From: an uncultured Planctomycetota bacterium
Lineage (GTDB): Bacteria; Planctomycetota; Planctomycetia; Gemmatales; Gemmataceae
NCBI GenBank assembly: GCA_963849325.1
Contig: CAWKHF010000013.1
Coordinates: 1-64,000, forward strand
Reading direction: 5' to 3'
DNA length: 64,000 nucleotides
A model generated the notes under the pieces. The model ran no database searches and was not told the DNA's origin. It saw only the letters and a program-made list of their open reading frames with translations. Below are positions 20,161 to 31,524 of the stretch, piece after piece. Numbering within the stretch: position 1 is the stretch's first letter; every line of letters starts with the position of its first letter. The translations under genes were made by a program, and so were the position numbers.

Positions 20161-20433
20161 TCGCGGCACCCTCGTCTGCGGGTAGAGCGAATCGCTCCAT
20201 GAGCGACATCTCTCCCCGTCTCCCGATTGCCGGTTGTCTCCGCTCGGCCAGGAGGCGACATTTCCCGCCACTCTCTCTGGGTGGCCAAGTGGCAAACGGC
20301 CCAGTTATCCCCTAGCTGACCAACGACATAGCTGTTTGCCACCCCGTTTGCCCCGGCATAAACTGGCAAAATGCCGGTGGCTCGAAAACATCCTCTCGTT
20401 GGCCTTGGAGAGATACCAACCGTGACAAGCCGC

Positions 20434-21930
20434 ATGATTCGCGTCCGCACTCTCTTACTGTTCCTACTAGTCGGTCTGCTGTCCTTGCCCACCGCTCGCG
20501 CAGCGGAAGCGGCAGCGAAGGTATACGTCATCCTCTGGTTTGATACCGAGGATTATCTGCTGCCCGCCAGCGACGACGCGGCCCTGCATCTAGCGGACTT
20601 CCTCAGCAACGAAGGCGTTCGCGCCACCTTCAAGGTGGTCGGCGAGAAGGCGCGCACCCTGGAGCGCCGCAAACGCACCGATGTGATCGCCGCTCTGAAA
20701 AAGCACGAGATCGGTTTTCACTCCAACTGGCACAGCGTCCAACCCAGTCCGGCGCTGTACCTGTCTCAGCTCGGTTGGGACGAGGGCGTTGGGGAATTTG
20801 ACCGGCGTGAGGGACCCGGACGTGCCGACGTCGAGCGCGTTTTCGGCCAGGCGCCGACCTGCTACGGCCAGCCCGGCAGCTCGTGGGGACCGCAAAGTTA
20901 CGGCGCCATGAGCCGGTGGGGCATGAAGGTCTATCTCGACGCGGGCAGCCACGTCAACTTGAACGAACGGCCGTGCTATTACTGCGGCGTCCTGAATCTG
21001 TACAAGCTGGCCCACACGCTGCGGGCCAACCTCAATAACCCGAAGGAGCTGCCTCAAGCGGAGGAGCGTTTTGTCCGCGCTCGCCAGGAGTTGCTCGCCG
21101 AGGGCGGCGGCGTGGTCAGCATCTTCTATCACCCTTGCGAGTTCGTCCACAAGCAGTTCTGGGACGGCGTCAACTTCGCCAGGGGCCAGAACCCGCCGCG
21201 GACGCAGTGGAAGGAGCCGCCGGCCAAGACGGCCGAGGAAACACGCTCGTCTTACCAGGTCTTCGAGGAGTACGTTCGCTTCCTCAAACGCTTCCCCGAG
21301 GTGCGATTCATCACGGCGTCGGAGGCGGCCCGGCTGTACCGCGATCGCGCTCGTGGTCGTCGCTTCGGCGCCGCCGAGATCAAGACCCTCGCGGAGTCCG
21401 TCGGCGCGGACGTGACTTTCCAGACGTTCAAGGACCATGCGCTCTCGGCCGGCGAAGTGTTCACGCTGCTCAATGCGTATGTCGCGGAACGCGGCAACGG
21501 CCATGCTCCCGAACACGTCGAACTGAAGGAGACGCCGCTCGGGCCGACCGGACGGGTTCCCGTGCTGACGGAGGCGGTGACGACGGATGCCAGCCAGTTT
21601 CGGCGGACCAGCCTGGACGTCGCCGACTTTCTCCGCAAGCAGGGGCGCATCCCCACGGCCGTCTGGCTCGGCAGTCGGCCGGTGCCGCCCGAGGCGTACC
21701 TGGCCGCCCTGGCCCGCGTCGCTCAGACGCTGCTCGACGAAAAGGCCATGCCGGAGACGATCGAAGTCAAGCCGGCCAAGCTGACGGCGGCGAAGTACGT
21801 CGCCGACGATGACCCGAAGAAACTGTGGGGCTGGGTGATCTTCCCGCCCAACTTCCGGGCGCCGGCGCTGATGGAGTTGGCGAAAAAGCAAGCGTGGACG
21901 CTGAAGCCGGCGATCCTGGATCAAGAATAG
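20434..21930 (+). CDS. Secreted polysaccharide-deacetylase-like (NodB-fold) protein
   Basis: Signal peptide, 'WFDTEDY', 'ATFKVVG', 'HEIGFHSNWH'. Start uncertain. Confidence 0.7.
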   Translation: MIRVRTLLLFLLVGLLSLPTARAAEAAAKVYVILWFDTEDYLLPASDDAALHLADFLSNEGVRATFKVVGEKARTLERRKRTDVIAALKKHEIGFHSNWHSVQPSPALYLSQLGWDEGVGEFDRREGPGRADVERVFGQAPTCYGQPGSSWGPQSYGAMSRWGMKVYLDAGSHVNLNERPCYYCGVLNLYKLAHTLRANLNNPKELPQAEERFVRARQELLAEGGGVVSIFYHPCEFVHKQFWDGVNFARGQNPPRTQWKEPPAKTAEETRSSYQVFEEYVRFLKRFPEVRFITASEAARLYRDRARGRRFGAAEIKTLAESVGADVTFQTFKDHALSAGEVFTLLNAYVAERGNGHAPEHVELKETPLGPTGRVPVLTEAVTTDASQFRRTSLDVADFLRKQGRIPTAVWLGSRPVPPEAYLAALARVAQTLLDEKAMPETIEVKPAKLTAAKYVADDDPKKLWGWVIFPPNFRAPALMELAKKQAWTLKPAILDQE

Positions 21931-22026
21931 GGTTTAGGGTTTAGGGTTTAGGGTTTAGGGTGAAGAACAGCCAACCACGCTTGGCCTCTGTATCCCAAAC
22001 CCCTAAACCCTAAACCCTAAACCCTA
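21928..22026. repeat. Inverted heptamer tracts (TTTAGGG)4 ... (CCCTAAA)3
   Basis: TAGGG(TTTAGGG)4 at 21928-21960; (CCCTAAA)3CCCTA at 22001-22026. Confidence 0.9.
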
Positions 22027-22111
22027 CTCCGTTGGTCAACGCACGGCGAACCCATAAACTAAGAGCGACCCATGAGCGGTCTTCCGCCCGTTTCGTGAGC
22101 GAGGTACGCAC

Positions 22112-23407
22112 ATGACCCCTGCACCGATCCCCGGAAGATTGGCCTTGCTGGTCGGCGGCGGTCCAGCCCCGGGGATCAACGGCGTCATCAGTTCGGTGGC
22201 CATCGAGGCTGTCGAACAGGGCATCGAGGTGATCGGCTTCCGCGACGGGTTTCAATGGCTGGTCAAGGGCGACGCCGACCACCACCGCAAGCTGTCCATC
22301 GACGACGTCAAGGCCATCCACCTGCGCGGCGGCTCCATCCTCGGCACCTCGCGCACCAACCCCACCCGCTCCGAGCAGGACATGCAGAACGTGCTGGACG
22401 TGTTCCGCCGTCTGAACGTGACCATGCTGGTGACCATCGGCGGCGACGACACGGCCTATTCGGGCAGCCAGGTCTATCTCAAGGCGGCCGGGGCCGTCCG
22501 CGTCGCCCACGTGCCCAAGACCATCGACAACGACCTGCCTCTGCCCGGCTCGACGCCGACGTTCGGCTTCGAGACGGCCCGGCAGGTCGGCGTCGGCATC
22601 ATTCGCAACCTGGCCGAGGACGCGCGGACCACGTCGCGCTGGTATCTCATCATCAGCATGGGCCGGGCGGCCGGGCACCTGGCGCTGGGCATCGGCAAGG
22701 CGGCCGCGGCGACCTTGACCATCATCCCCGAGGAGTTCGGCGGCCGCCGCGTCACGCTCGACGAGGTGTGCGACATCCTCATCGGCAGCGTCATCAAGCG
22801 GCGCAGCATGCACGCCAATTACGGCGTCGCCGTGCTGGCGGAGGGATTGCTGGAGGCCATCGGCGAGACCGGCTTGCTGGAGTGCATGAGCACCGCTCAG
22901 CTCGGCCGCTACGGCCAGATCATCCGCGATCCGCACGGCCATCTCCGCCTCGGCGAAATCGAGTTCGGCCGCATGATCAAGGACCGCTTGTCGGCCCGCC
23001 TGGAGGAGATCAACCTGCCGGTCACGCTGATCGACAAGGACCTCGGCTACGAGATGCGCTGCGCCGACCCGATCCCGTTCGACGCCGAGTACACCCGCGA
23101 CCTCGGCTACGGGGCCGTCAAGTTCCTCCGCTCCGAGGAGGCCGGCCGGTTCGGGGCCATCATCAGCCTGGTGGGCGGCCATCTCGAACCGCTGCCGTTT
23201 ACGCAAATGATCAATCCGCAGACGCTGCGCATGCAGACGCGGCGGGTGGACGTCAACGGCGAAGGATATGAATGCGCCCGTCGTTACATGATCCGCCTGG
23301 AGCGCCGCGATTTCGACAACGCGCAGCGCCTGTCGCGGCTGGCCAGCGCCTCCGGCATGACCGCCGAGCAGTTCCGCCAGCGCTTCGAGTACCTCGTGGC
23401 GACATGA
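22112..23407 (+). CDS. pfp: Pyrophosphate-dependent 6-phosphofructokinase
   Basis: 'GGGPAPGIN', 'GGSILGTSR', 'IGGDDT' and 'PKTIDND' (PPi-type residues), 'MGR'. Confidence 0.85.
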   Translation: MTPAPIPGRLALLVGGGPAPGINGVISSVAIEAVEQGIEVIGFRDGFQWLVKGDADHHRKLSIDDVKAIHLRGGSILGTSRTNPTRSEQDMQNVLDVFRRLNVTMLVTIGGDDTAYSGSQVYLKAAGAVRVAHVPKTIDNDLPLPGSTPTFGFETARQVGVGIIRNLAEDARTTSRWYLIISMGRAAGHLALGIGKAAAATLTIIPEEFGGRRVTLDEVCDILIGSVIKRRSMHANYGVAVLAEGLLEAIGETGLLECMSTAQLGRYGQIIRDPHGHLRLGEIEFGRMIKDRLSARLEEINLPVTLIDKDLGYEMRCADPIPFDAEYTRDLGYGAVKFLRSEEAGRFGAIISLVGGHLEPLPFTQMINPQTLRMQTRRVDVNGEGYECARRYMIRLERRDFDNAQRLSRLASASGMTAEQFRQRFEYLVAT

Positions 23408-23554
23408 CACGATCTCGCCTCGCCTCGGTTCGGGACGGAGAGAATCGTTCAACCCCCCATGATGGATTGTTTCGCCCTCCTTCCGACGGCCTGCCCTCCG
23501 AGTTGGACCCTCAGACCCCGACGCCCGCTGTCGTATTTCGCGGAGAACGTTCTC

Positions 23555-26407
23555 ATGCTCGATTGCTCCCGGCGGCATCCGCCCCGTAGGTCGTCGCTGC
23601 TTCTGCTCCTTGCGGTGTCTCTCCTTTCCACTGGGGCAAACAGTCATGCCGCCGACACGCCCGCGAAGCCGGCCAAACCGGATGGGCACCCGGTCGTCCC
23701 CGGCTTCGAGCGCTTTTACGCTGCCTCCGGTGCGGATGCGGTCCAGGGCGGACGACTGTTGCTGGGCGAGTTGAACTGCATCAGCTGCCACAAGCCGGAG
23801 GCGGGCCAGGAAGGCTCGCTTCCGCGCAAGCAGGCGCCGATCCTCGATGGCGTGGCCGGCCGCGTGCGGCGCAGCTATCCTGCGCAAGTATCCTGAGCCG
23901 ATCCGCAGGCGGTCAAGCCGGGCACCACCATGCCCAACCTCTTCGCCGCTCTGCCGGAGGTGGAACGGCGGGCGCAGGTCGAGGCGCTCGTCCACTTCCT
24001 CGCCTCGACCGGCACGCTCCGGCAGGAACGTCCCGACAGGAAGCCGATCGCTCCGGGCAAGCAACTCTATCACCAGGTCGGCTGCGTCGCCTGCCACGGC
24101 ACGCGCGACAAGGCCGGCAACGCCGGACAAGCTGCTGCCGACCTCCGTGCCGCTGGGCGATCTGCGGGCGAAGTATTCGATCGCCAGCCTGGCGGCTTTC
24201 CTGGAGAATCCGCACGCCGTGCGCCCCTCCGGCCGCATGCCCGGCATCCTCAACGCCAAGGAGGCGCAAGCAGGTCGCCAACTACCTGTTGCAGGGTCTG
24301 GCTCTCGCCGAGCCGTCGCCGAACATGACCTACGCCTACTACGAAGGGCAGCTGGGACCGGCTGCCGGACTTCGCCAGCTCAAGCCGATGGCCACGGGGA
24401 AGACGGACGGCTTCGACCTGAGCGTGGCCCGCCGGTCGGCGACAATTTCGCCCTGCGCTTCGAGGGCTATCTGCGGATCGAGCGGGCGGGCGAATATCGC
24501 TTCCACCTGACCAGCGACGACGGCAGCAAGCTGTTCCTCGATGACAAGCTGGTCGTCGCCAACGACGGCGTCCATGCGCCGAGCACGGTCTCCGGGTCGG
24601 TGAAGCTGACGAAGGGCGTGCACAAGCTGACGGCGGACGTGTTCAATGCCGGCGGCGGCGTCGAGTTGAGCGTGGAGATCGAGGGGCCGGGCCTGGGCCG
24701 GCAGGACGTCACGCCGCTCGTCACCCTGACGCCCGAGGGCAATCCGAAGGTCGCCGTCAAGCCGATCGATCCCGGCGAAGACGATGATTTCCCGATCGAG
24801 CCGGAATTGGCGGCGAAGGGCCGCGAGCTGTTCGCGTCGCTCGGCTGCGCCGGCTGCCATCAACTGAACGCCGAGCAAGAAGCCGCTCGCGTCCGCCTTG
24901 AAGGCTCCCCGCTTGGGCAAGCTCCGTCCCGAGGGCGGCTGCCTGGCGCCGGAGCCGGCCAAGGGGCTGCCCTGGTATTCGCTCAACGCCGCCCAGCGGA
25001 GCGCCCTCGCTGCGGCTGTCCGGTCGCCAGTGCCCGCCGGCTCGCCCCGGTCCCCGCGGAAGTCGTCGCTCGGACGCTGACGACCTTCAACTGCTACGCC
25101 TGCCACGAGCGCGACAAGGTCGGCGGCCCGGAGGAGGGCTTCAACTCCCTCTTCACCACCACGCAGCCGGAGATGGGCGAGGAGGGCCGCATGCCGCCGC
25201 CGCTCGACGGCGTCGGCGCCAAGCTCAACGGCAGGATTACCTCACGACACATCCTCGACCAGGGCGCTCACGATCGGCCCTACATGCTCACGCACATGCC
25301 GGGCTTCGGCGCGGCGAACCTGCCCGGACTGGCCGCGGCGTTCGAGACGCTCGACAAGGACACGGTGGAGCCGGTCGCCAAGGTGACGTTCACGGAACCT
25401 CTGGCGCCGCGTCAAGACGGAGGCCCGGCACATGGTCGGCGGCACGTCGCTGGGCTGCGTCAAGTGCCACACCTTCGCCGGCCACAAGGCCGAGGGCGTG
25501 CAGGGCATCGACATGCTGCTCATGCCGCAGCGTCTGCAAGCACGACTGGTTCTATCGCTACCTCCTCGATCCGCAGAAACTGCGGCCCGGCACGCGCATG
25601 CCGACCGCCTGGACCAACGGCATGACCGTCTTGCCGGACGTCCTCGGCGGCTCCACCGCCAAGCAGATCGAGGCCATCTGGGTCTACCTGTCAAGACGGC
25701 AGCAAGGCCGCGCTGCCGCTGGGAATCAACAAGCACTTCATCCCGCTGGTGCCCGACAAGGAGGCGATCATCTACCGCAACTTCCTCGAGGGCGCGGGCC
25801 GCGGGCCATCGGCGTCGGCTACCCCGAGAAGGCGCACCTGGCCTTCGACGCCAACGAGCTGCGGCTGGCGCATGATCTGGCAGGGGGCATTTCATCGACG
25901 CCGCGCGGCACTGGACCGACCGCGGCGTCGGCTTCGAGCCGCCGCTGGGCGACAACGTCCTGCATCTGCCTGCCGGGGTCAGCTTCGCCGTGCTCGCCAA
26001 GCGCCGACGAGGCCTGGCCGACGAAGTCGGCGACGGAGCTGGGCTACAAGTTCCACGGCTACCGCCTGACGGCGGACGAGCGGCCGACGTTCCTCTATTC
26101 CTGCCACGGCGTCCGCATCGAGGACTTTCCCAACGCCGTGGCCAGCGTGCCCAATCCCGTCGATCCGCCGCACGCTGACACTGACCGCCGAAAGGCCGTG
26201 GACAACCTCTGGTTCCGGGCCGCGGTCGCCGACAAGATCGAACCGGCTGGCGACAAAGGCTGGTATCGCATCAACGGCGAATGGACGATGAAGATCGATG
26301 CCGGCGCCGCGCCGCAGGTCCGCAAGAGCGGCGGCAAGGTGGAACTGCTGGTGCCGGTGCGTTTCCAGGACGGCAAGGCCCGCATCGTTCAGGAGTTTGT
26401 GTGGTGA
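23555..26407 (+). CDS. Large secreted multi-haem cytochrome c / PA14-domain protein, multiply frameshifted
   Basis: CxxCH motifs CISCH, CVACH, CAGCH, CYACH and CVKCH across successive frames; PA14-like 'YRFHLTSDDGSKL'. Confidence 0.75.
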
Positions 26408-26412
26408 ATTAT

Positions 26413-26477
26413 GTTTAGCCGCGACGCGCAGCGGAGCGCGGGACTCTCCCGCGCTCCGCTGCGCGTCGCGGCTAAAC
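26413..26477. repeat. Palindrome family A copy 3
   Basis: GTTTAGCCGCGACGCGCAGCGGAGCGCGGGA ... TCCCGCGCTCCGCTGCGCGTCGCGGCTAAAC. Confidence 0.9.
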
Positions 26478-26524
26478 CTGAAAGAGAATTGTTTGGACGA
26501 TCTCATTTTTCCGACGAGATCCTC

Positions 26525-28088
26525 ATGAGACGAACCTACCTCGTTTGCTGCGGCGTTCTCTTCCTCGCGGCCGTCCCGCTGCGGGCCGCGGATAAGCCAC
26601 CGACGGAGGAGGACTATTACAAAATCCTCCGCTACGACGTCGCCGAAGGGCGAGGTGCTGGAGGCCGGCGCCATCGAGTTCATGCCCGACGGCCGGCTCG
26701 CCGTCGGCACGCGCCGCGGCGAAATCTGGATGGTCGCACAACGCCCTCGCCGCCGACCCGAAGGAGGCGAAGTTCACGCGCTTCGCCCACGGCCTGCACG
26801 AAGTCCTCGGCCTGGCCGCCAAGGGCGGCTGGCTCTACGTCACGCAGCGCCGCGACGTGTCGCGCATCAAGGACAGCAACGGCGACGGCAAGGCCGACGT
26901 CTTCGAGGTCGTCAGCGACGACTGGGAGATCAGCGGCGACTACCACGAATACGCCTTCGGCTCGCGCTTCGACAAGGACGGCAACCTGTGGGTGGCCCTG
27001 TGCCTGACCGGCTCGTTCACCAGCGACAGCAAGTTCCGCGGCTGGTGCCTGCAACATCACGCCCGACGGCAAGATCGTCCCGACGTCCAGCGGCGTCCGC
27101 TCGCCGGGCGGCATCGGCTTCAACGCCGAGGGCGACATCTTCTACACCGACAACCAGGGCCCGTGGAACGGCACCTGCGACCTGAAGCACCTCGTGCCGG
27201 GCGGCTTCATGGGCCACCCCGACAGCTTCAAGTGGTATCCGACCAGGCCAAGGACCTCGGCCCCGCGCCGGAGGTGCCCAAGAGCAACAGCCGCATCATG
27301 ACCGAGGCCAAGCGCATCCCGCAACTACGTCCCGCCGGCGATCCTGTTCCCCTACGGCAAGATGGGCCAGTCCGCCAGCGGCATCGACTGCGACCTGTCC
27401 GGCGGCAAGTTCGGCCCGTTCGCGAAGCAACTGTTCGTCGGCGACCAGACGCACAGCACGGTCATGCGCGTCTTCCTGGAGAAGGTCAACGGCCGCTATC
27501 AGGGGGCGTGCTTCCCCTTCCGCTCGGGCTTCGGCTCGGGCAACGTGCCGATGCGGTTCGCCCCGGACGGCTCGCTGATCGTCGGCGGCACCAATCGCGG
27601 CTGGGGCTCGCGCGGGCCGAAGCCGTTCGCCCTGGAGCGGCTGGTGTGGACCGGCAAGACGCCGTTCGAGATCCACGAGATGCACGCCAAGCCCGACGGC
27701 TTCGAGCTGACCTTCACCCAGCCGGTCGATCCGAAGACGGCCGGCGATCCGAAGTCGTACTCGATGAAGACGTTCACCTACATCTATCGCGCCGAGTACG
27801 GCAGCCCGGAGGTCGATCAGACGACGCCGACGATCGATCGCGTCGACGGTCGGCGCCGACGGCAAGAGCGTGCGGCTGTACGTGAACGAGTTGCAGGAGG
27901 GCCACATCCACGACCTGAGCGCGGCGGGCGTGCGTTCGGCGGCCGGGCTGCCGCTGCTGCACAAGGAGGCGTATTACACGCTCAATTACATCCCCGCGGA
28001 GAAAGGAGAGGTAGGGACAAAGGGCCTTCGCTCAAAAAATTCCGTTCTTCCTTGTAAGGATTGGACACGTCCCCCGACTAAGAGCTAA
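26525..28088 (+). CDS. Secreted beta-propeller (glucose/sorbosone dehydrogenase-like, PVC-type) protein, multiply frameshifted
   Basis: Signal peptide, 'TRRGEIW', 'DSNGDGKAD', 'YHEYAFG', 'TNRGWG', 'AYYTLN'. End approximate. Confidence 0.7.
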
Positions 28089-28132
28089 TGGAAAAACTTC
28101 CGGAACGGTGAGCGTCAGCCCCCTCCGCATGG

Positions 28133-28537
28133 CTACGAGGAACGTCCGTTGTCTTCCAGGCCGAGTTCTTGCAAGGATGAAGCCTTGAGCACGGCGCGTA
28201 ACAGTTCCTCCAATCGCTCCGCCGGCCAGGCGTCCAGGTGCTGCAATACGGAGGGACTCAACGCGCCGAACTTCTCTTCCAACTGTACCCGCACGGCCTG
28301 GCGCATGCCTTGGGCCAAGCCTTTCTCCCACGTGGTCATTGCCATCGTCACCACCTCCCGGTACGGTTCCGTGTTGAGCAACCGTTCATATTCTCGTTGT
28401 TGCTCCTCGTCCAACTCCAGGTATGCCTCGACGCACTCGCGCAGCAGGAAACGGCGATATTCGTTCTCCGGACATTCCAGCCAAACCCGCCGCAACGCCT
28501 CGCTGCGCAACCACGCCTGCCGATCGTGTTCGGCCAT
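28133..28537 (-). pseudogene. Rpn/DUF4351-like protein C-terminal remnant
   Basis: 'MTTWEKGLAQG...QLEEKFG...ERLEELL...ASSLQELGL' is a typical Rpn-family tail. The N-terminal nuclease domain is absent. Confidence 0.55.
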
Positions 28538-28683
28538 GTCGTCGTCCCTCCGTGGCCGCGTTCGTCCTCCGAGTGTAGGCGACGCCAGCGACAGCGCGAA
28601 GAGCAACCGTCTCGCCTTTCGTCCGGCGGCCGAATTATAATGAGGCCGAGTGAGGATCGCCGGAACGGGAGAGATCGAAGCCG

Positions 28684-29355
28684 ATGCCGCCGGATGAAAT
28701 CGTCAGCTTCCTCTTTCGCCATCCCGTCAGCGCCGGTACGCATCTGCTCTGGTGTGTGCTGGGCATATACATCACGGGCCTGCTGTGGCGGCTCAGTCGC
28801 GGCGATCGGCTGCGCCAGCTGAGCACCGGGGCGTTTGGCCTGAGCATGGTCCTGCTCTACGGCGCCAGCGCCGCCTACCACGCCGTTCCCGGCCAGGAGC
28901 CGCTGCTGCCCTACCTCCGCAAGCTCGATCATAGCGCCATCTACGTTCTGATCGCCGGCACCTACACGCCGGTGTTCGCCGTCCTTCTGAGCGGCCGACT
29001 GCGCCTCGTCTTGCTGGCGCTGGTGTGGGGACTGGCCGGCGTGGGCATCGCGGCCAAGTGGCTGCTGCCGTGGCCGCCATACGGGCTGACGGTGTCCCTG
29101 TACGTCGCCATCGGCTGGATCGGCTTGGTGCCGGCCTGGCAGCTCGTCCGCGCCGTCGGTGTGCCCGCCATGCTCTGGGGTTTGCTCGGCGGCGTTCTCT
29201 ACACCTTCGGCGGCATTTGCGATGCGGCCCAATGGCCGATCCTGCTTCCCGGCGTCATTGGCTATCATGAAGTGCTGCACCTGGCCGACATGGGCGGCAC
29301 CCTCGTCCACGTCTTCTTCATCGTTCGCTACGTCCTGCCGTTCCAGCGCTCGTAG
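28684..29355 (+). CDS. Hemolysin III / PAQR family membrane protein
   Basis: 'ASAAYH', 'LDHSAIYVLIAGTYTP', 'GYHEVLH'. Confidence 0.9.
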   Translation: MPPDEIVSFLFRHPVSAGTHLLWCVLGIYITGLLWRLSRGDRLRQLSTGAFGLSMVLLYGASAAYHAVPGQEPLLPYLRKLDHSAIYVLIAGTYTPVFAVLLSGRLRLVLLALVWGLAGVGIAAKWLLPWPPYGLTVSLYVAIGWIGLVPAWQLVRAVGVPAMLWGLLGGVLYTFGGICDAAQWPILLPGVIGYHEVLHLADMGGTLVHVFFIVRYVLPFQRS

Positions 29356-29373
29356 AGCGAAAACGCGAACCGA

Positions 29374-29428
29374 GTAGGTGCCGCGAGCCGAGCGGCACTC
29401 GTCGTCCGGCTCGGCTCACCGGACCTAC
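29374..29428. repeat. REP-like element bounded by GTAGG...CCTAC
   Basis: GTAGGTGCCGCGAGCCGAGCGG ... CCGGCTCGGCTCACCGGACCTAC. Confidence 0.55.
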
Positions 29429-29622
29429 CCGGTTGGCTCCGCCGACCACCGGAAACCGCTCACTCACCCACCCGAAAAAATTATCACATTTTCTCATTGA
29501 CGGGCGGCGTCGGCGCGTTAAATTGATGCGCGCATCGGCTGGGCCTTCGTTACTCGCTGCTCTGTCCTCTTCACGGAGCGCGAAGGTCGCCGAGAGAGCC
29601 ATCTCAACAAGGAGTGTGCGGC

Positions 29623-31524
29623 ATGTTTCACTGGACTCGGATGCTGCGGAAGCTGTTCACTGCTCCCTCCCTGAACAAAAAGCCATTAAAGCGATCTCCA
29701 TTTAGATCACTGGCTGAGCGGCCGAAATCGCGCCGCACCAATCCGACGGTGAAACCGAGTTTGGAGAGCTTGACAGATCGAATTTAGCCGTCGGCTTCGT
29801 CTTTGGCCCTGGCGTTGCCGCCGACTTCCCCCGCGATGGCGACCCATGCCGCGCCTCCTGTCCTGCCTCTCGTTGCGGATGCGGCACCGCACACAGCCTC
29901 GACGATGGGGCCGTGGAGCCATCGGACGGCGATCCTGAATACGCTCGATACCGCCACAAAACTGCCGGGCAGCGGTTCGGGCAGCGGCAGCGGCGCCCCG
30001 ACGACGGCCCACAACGCCGTCGGACATCCCGTCCCCCTCGCCACCGCGCATTCCGGCAGCGGTTCGGGCAGCGGCGCGACGACGACGGTTCACGAAGCGG
30101 CCTCTGCTCAAACGTCTGGCTCGAACGCCTCCAAGGGCGGGATGATGACGATGGCCGGCAGTAGTGGCTCCTCTGGAAGCAGTGGCTCCTCCGGCAGCAT
30201 CGGTTCCATCGGATCGGCCAGCGTCAGCGGTTGGGTGTGGCTGGACAACAACGGGGATGGCAGCGTGGACGAAGACGAACAGGGTTACCAGGGGGTCATT
30301 GTTTACCTTGAGTCCGCTTCGACGGGACAGGTACTAGCGTCCGCGACAACCGACGACGCCGGCGACTACACGATGGGTGGTATCGCTCCGAATGCTGAGG
30401 GTGGGTATCAAATCCAGGTCGTCTTCCCGCCGGCGTTTCAGGCTACGAAGGAGGGCGCCGACAGCGACATCGACGCCGATGGCTACTCCCCTGTGTTCGC
30501 CTTGGCCTCCCGAGAAGCGTTCAACGCCGGGTGGGCTGGGATAGATTCGATGCAGGTCACCACGACCCAAGATGACGCCAACGGCGCCATTCCAGATAAG
30601 GTGACGCTGCGGGATGCCATCAGGGTAGGGAACAATGATGGCGGCCCTGCGGTCACGTTTGCAGCGAATGTAAGCGGAACGATCTCTCTGCAGGCCGTGC
30701 TTGATCCCATCAAGGCGAGTTATGATATCGATGGGCCAGGAGCCTCCACTCTCACCGTCCAGGGTAACGGCAACGCCGGCAATCCTTACCGGATTTTCAC
30801 CATCGATGCCAACGTCGCTACGGTGATCGACAACCTCACGCTCATGGGAGGCTACTCGGATAGAACGGGGGGCGGCGCGATCTATAACAACGGCACCCTG
30901 ACCCTTGTATCCGACGTGATCCAGAACAATTTTTCGTCGCAGGACGGCGGGGGCGTCTACAACGACTTGAACGCCACCCTGGACTTGAACAACGTCGTCA
31001 TCCGGGACAACAACGCCTGGATGAACGGGGGCGGGATTGAAAACCGCGGCACTCTCAACCAAGACGGGGGCAATACAAGAATCTTCTCCAACTGGGCCAT
31101 GGGCGGGAGCGGGGGCGGTATCTACAACTCCGGCCAGGTGAATTTCGAGAACTCCAGCAGCATGTCCAACGTGTACATCGGAAACAACACCGCGGCCGAC
31201 TTCGGCGGGGGCGTCTCCAACTCAGTCTTCGGCACTTTCCAGATGGGCTACGTTGGCTCCATCGCCAACAACAGTGCCCAGCAGGGCGGCGGGATGTACA
31301 ACTTTGGGACGGCGACGCTGGACGACGGCATGACGGTATCGGGGAACCAGGCGAACGACGGCGGAGGCATGTACCTCGAAGCTGGCTCGACGACCACCCT
31401 CACCGCGATGACCATCCAAAACAACGTCCTGAACCCCGGTGGGATGGGGAAAGGCATCTACCAGGCCAACGGGGCCACCCTAAACAAAGATCCGAGCGTC
31501 GTTGACCCGGACGATGCGAACTGA
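29623..31524 (+). CDS. Planctomycete surface protein (LExLxDR motif, SdrD-B-like domain, GGAIYN beta-helix repeats) interrupted by in-frame TAG at 29785-29787
   Basis: RBS AAGGAG. MFHWTRMLRKLF...KPSLESLTDRI*PS is in frame with ORF 29803-31524. 'SVSGWVWLDNNGDG', 'VTLRDAI', GG(A/G)xYN repeats. Confidence 0.7.

Noticed and set aside
23880-23900. TGA at 23894-23896 as another Sec codon
   Set aside because: The protein continues in a different frame (…LSDPQAVKPG), so this is a frameshift and not at a Cys motif.
22010-24259. Long antisense or alternate-frame ORFs (e.g. 22010-24259 -, 50528-52348 +, 18141-20009 -, 796-2382 +)
   Set aside because: Shadow ORFs typical of high-GC DNA. They overlap well-supported genes and have no recognisable motifs.
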